From Spirochaetota bacterium (lineage in GTDB: Bacteria > Spirochaetota > UBA4802 > UBA5550): a DNA stretch of 64,000 nt. The notes beneath the pieces were generated by a model. That model searched no databases, was not told the origin of the DNA, and saw nothing but the letters and a program-made list of their open reading frames with translations. This document shows positions 60,749-64,000 of this stretch, one piece after another (the first letter of the stretch is position 1; every line of letters starts with the position of its first letter). Where the stretch lies: assembly GCA_963663865.1 (NCBI GenBank), contig OY760686.1, positions 2,816,001-2,880,000 of the forward strand. Reading direction: 5' to 3'. The position numbers were made by a program, and so were the translations under genes.

Positions 60749-63700
60749 GGGTTATGATGCTCACATCATCATCTCCATACCGTATATTTCTGCCTGTCCC
60801 CTTCATAGCCTTCATGAGAGATTCATTAAACTCTTCCGGAAGAAGAGAATAGTCACATCCCTCAAGAACTTCCTTTAGATAGCGCTCATCCTTGAGCACC
60901 CTTCTCTCCTTCTCAGCTGGAATCGACACCGCCCCGAAGTCGTCGATCAGTCCATCGGTGTACATTACAAGCGCCGCTCCGGGACTAAATGGAAGGGTGT
61001 GTGTTTCGTAACGGGCGTCATGCTTAAGTCCGATAATCGGGCCCTTGGGCCTGCACGAATGAAGAACGCCCTCGGCATCGCGCATATACTGTTCAGGATG
61101 TCCCGCCACCGCAAAGGTTATTTTATCGTGCTCAAGGTCAATCTGAGCGAGGGCGCAGGTAAAAATAATATTATTGCTGCTGTGTTCAAGACAGAATTTG
61201 CTGTTCAGCCCTCGAATAATCTCTCCGGGGGTCATGCCACTCTTCTTCAAAAGGTTATATTCAGACATTATTGTAATTGAATTGAGCGACGCGTTTATGC
61301 CGTGCCCCGTCGCATCGGCCAGAAAGACATTGATGGTCCCATCCGGAAGCTCATATATGTCATATAGGTCGCCTCCAATCTCAATGAGAGGCTGATACGT
61401 CACGCTGAAGGCGACCCTGTCGGTCCTCACATCTGAAGCCATAAGTCTGGCGATAAAGCTCTTGGATATTTCAAGGTCACGGACAATAATCTCTTCCCAC
61501 TCCTTCATCTTGTCAACGGTATGAGATAGCTGTCTTCCCCTTTCAACGAGTGATGATTCGAGAACTTGCTTTTTGTCTGTCAGGTCTCTTCTTATGCGCT
61601 TCTCCATCTCAAACATGTGCTTCATGACGAGCTGATTCTGTACCCTGACCAGAAGCTCCCTCGGATTATAAGGCTTGGTTAGATAGTCGCTGCATCCGAT
61701 AGTGAAGCTTTTTACCAGGTCTTCAAGCTGGTTCTTGGCCGAAACCATTATCACCGGGATATAAGCATCCGGATATCTCGTCTTGAGAGAGGTTAAGATT
61801 TCATATCCGCTTACTCTGGGAAGCATTATATCAAGGAGTATGAGCTGAGGCTTCTCGGCATCGAGCATATCATAGGCCTGCATAGCGTCCGAGGCGGTCA
61901 ACACCCTGTATCCCTCATCAATGAGAATCCGCTTTAGAACATGCAGGCTGACCTCGTCGTCGTCAACGGCCATAATCAGCTCCCCGGCAAGGGGTGATGC
62001 TTCATATTTTGTATCAGGAATTGAGTCAGCAGCGATCTTTCGGTCAACTTCGGTTGATATTTCGCCCTCAGCAGCTCTGTGCTCCCCACGACTCATGGCA
62101 ATTGAAGAGACTAAAATAGAGTGTTCAAACGGAAGAAACACTGTGAACATGCTTCCGCGGCCAGGGGTGCTTGCCGCTTTGATTGTGCCTCCATGCAGCT
62201 CCACAAGCTTCTTTGTTATGGCAAGACCAAGTCCTGCTCCGCCCGCCATTCTCGTGTCGGCTGAGTCGGCCTGAACATATGGATCCCATATCTTTTCAAT
62301 TCGGTCCGGTTCAATACCCACTCCTGTGTCAGACACCCTGATTGTTATACCGTCATCGCCGGCACCCGCGCTGATAGCTATGCTCCCCCTTTCTGTATAC
62401 TTTGCGGCATTTCCGAGAATGTTCAGCAATATCTGTTCAATACGGTTCTTATCGCCGATTATTACAGGAAGCCCTGCCGGAACCGCGGAGTGCACCTCGA
62501 CAGGCCTGTCGCCGAGCAGACCCCTTATGAGAGATACGATTGATGGAATAGTCTCGGACAGCCTGACAGGTCCCACCATCAAGTCCGCCCTGTCAGCCCT
62601 GAGCTTGCTGAAGTCCAGAATCTCATTGACGAGGGAAGTAAGCCTTTTTGAGCTTGAGGCAATATAGGAAATATCCTCTCGCTGAGTCGTGTTAAGCGGC
62701 CCGGATCGCTCCGTAAGAAGGGTTTCAGCCAGCCCGGTAATTCCGTGGAGCGGAGTCCTCAGCTCATGAGATGTAGTCGCAAGAAAATCATCCTTCATCC
62801 GGTCAAGCACAAGCAGATCACCATGCGCGGTTTCAAGCTGCGTGTGCACCTTCGCAAATCGCGACGCCAGCGCCGAAGCGAAGATTAGTGTCATTGCAAA
62901 ATATCCCTCGGCTGTAAGGTCCGGCACATAGAGTATATCAAGGAAGCTCAGGCTGTTAATGATAAATACCGATGCCAGTACGCTCATTGACACCAGAATG
63001 TAAGCGGCATATGGCCTTTTAAGCCGAAAGCCCTTAATTGAAAGCCAGAGCGCGTAAAGAAAAACCGCGAGAGACTGCATTATGAAGCCGTCGTAAAGGT
63101 ACTCGGCTGTAAATGAAATATCATCATGAATTATGCATTCCGCCAGCACTGCAGCAGCGAAAAGCGAATTCACCGCGACAATAACCTTGATCAGGTTGTT
63201 CCTTCTGAATCCTAAAAATGAGTTAACGAATGAAACAAGCGACATGCATATTACGGCCGCGCAGAAATATGTTGAAACAACATACGCAAGATGCGAATCG
63301 ATAACCCACAGTACAAAGCCCTGGTAGCCTATTATGAATCCGGCGGCAGATAAAGCCAGTATGGAAAAATACAGATAGTAATGCTCTTTGCGCCTGAAAA
63401 AAAAGATAAGGCCGAAAAAGAAGACCAGAAAAGCGCTCAGCGACGAAAGAAAGATGTTCCAGACAAAGCCTCTCAACCAGAACGACCTTGCTTCAGGCTC
63501 CGCAGCAATCCTAACCGGAGCCGATATGCCCCCCTTAAAGTCCAGAAATCCGGATTTCACAGCGATAACATTACCGCCCTCTTTCAGAAGTCCGGAAGGA
63601 AGGGTTACGATGTCGGGTTTTCCCGGAATACGCTCAAAGCTGCCTGAAGCGTCAGTCCGTCGCGAGGAATAAAAAAGGCTGCCGTTAAGATACCACTCTG

Positions 63701-64000
63701 TTCCGGAATACTGCATGGGAAGAATCAGCGCGAGCCTGGTACCGCCGGACTTATTGTTTAAAAGAAGCCTGTACCAGGAATTCTCTCTGTGGTTCTTGAA
63801 CTTCTCATACATGTTCCACAGATAGTAGGGATGCACATAGTCCCAGTCCTCAAGATAGTGATCGGGCCTGGAATAAGCGGGGTCGTCATCAGCCTTAAAA
63901 AACCACCTGTTTTCGATTGTCTGTACTCTGCTTAGATCACCGCTTTGTATCTCGAAAATTCCGTCTGATGCGGTTGAGGCCTGTACCGACAAAACAGCCG
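60732..64000 (-). CDS. 7TM-DISM-type sensor + histidine kinase + REC + SpoIIE/PP2C phosphatase (5' end outside window)
   Basis: TSHELRTPL, NILGNAAKYT, GAGLGLAI, REC (LLDIMLP), GGDLYD, DATGHG, YTDGL and DDVS; frame is open to the window edge. Confidence 0.9.
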   Translation of the reverse strand, partial: AVLSVQASTASDGIFEIQSGDLSRVQTIENRWFFKADDDPAYSRPDHYLEDWDYVHPYYLWNMYEKFKNHRENSWYRLLLNNKSGGTRLALILPMQYSGTEWYLNGSLFYSSRRTDASGSFERIPGKPDIVTLPSGLLKEGGNVIAVKSGFLDFKGGISAPVRIAAEPEARSFWLRGFVWNIFLSSLSAFLVFFFGLIFFFRRKEHYYLYFSILALSAAGFIIGYQGFVLWVIDSHLAYVVSTYFCAAVICMSLVSFVNSFLGFRRNNLIKVIVAVNSLFAAAVLAECIIHDDISFTAEYLYDGFIMQSLAVFLYALWLSIKGFRLKRPYAAYILVSMSVLASVFIINSLSFLDILYVPDLTAEGYFAMTLIFASALASRFAKVHTQLETAHGDLLVLDRMKDDFLATTSHELRTPLHGITGLAETLLTERSGPLNTTQREDISYIASSSKRLTSLVNEILDFSKLRADRADLMVGPVRLSETIPSIVSLIRGLLGDRPVEVHSAVPAGLPVIIGDKNRIEQILLNILGNAAKYTERGSIAISAGAGDDGITIRVSDTGVGIEPDRIEKIWDPYVQADSADTRMAGGAGLGLAITKKLVELHGGTIKAASTPGRGSMFTVFLPFEHSILVSSIAMSRGEHRAAEGEISTEVDRKIAADSIPDTKYEASPLAGELIMAVDDDEVSLHVLKRILIDEGYRVLTASDAMQAYDMLDAEKPQLILLDIMLPRVSGYEILTSLKTRYPDAYIPVIMVSAKNQLEDLVKSFTIGCSDYLTKPYNPRELLVRVQNQLVMKHMFEMEKRIRRDLTDKKQVLESSLVERGRQLSHTVDKMKEWEEIIVRDLEISKSFIARLMASDVRTDRVAFSVTYQPLIEIGGDLYDIYELPDGTINVFLADATGHGINASLNSITIMSEYNLLKKSGMTPGEIIRGLNSKFCLEHSSNNIIFTCALAQIDLEHDKITFAVAGHPEQYMRDAEGVLHSCRPKGPIIGLKHDARYETHTLPFSPGAALVMYTDGLIDDFGAVSIPAEKERRVLKDERYLKEVLEGCDYSLLPEEFNESLMKAMKGTGRNIRYGDDDVSIITLRRMS

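Overview
Bacterial chromosomal window, probably from a free-living spirochaete-like organism (inferred from gene content only). Composition by eye: a mid-GC backbone with two AT-rich accessory blocks. Left to right: trxA; cobO; a membrane AraC regulator with a solute-binding protein; two tandem lipoprotein esterases; an AT-rich islet (VKOR-DsbA plus a Cys-rich phospholipase A2 lipoprotein) abutting a 5'-truncated hydrolase; a papain-like protease with a chagasin-type inhibitor; a PAS-GGDEF-EAL protein; a che operon; a SNF2 helicase; ECF sigma factors; a stand-alone MshEN-repeat protein; hom-thrC; and metE behind a cobalamin riboswitch. Next comes a ~14.5 kb defence island (41.4-55.9 kb), then a CNNM gene, tcdA, DUF3332, an isoprenoid-synthase-fold/radical-SAM pair and a hybrid kinase-phosphatase cut by the window edge. 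The island is the most unusual part. It has no integrase or intact transposase. It is bounded and subdivided by modular palindromic repeats that show compensatory base changes. It carries a type I R-M operon with a Gabija-like pair and an AlbA_2 gene nested inside, a TA pair whose toxin has a nonsense mutation, an IS3 remnant, and a solitary type I-C CRISPR-like repeat. All product calls come from motif recognition; no searches were run.
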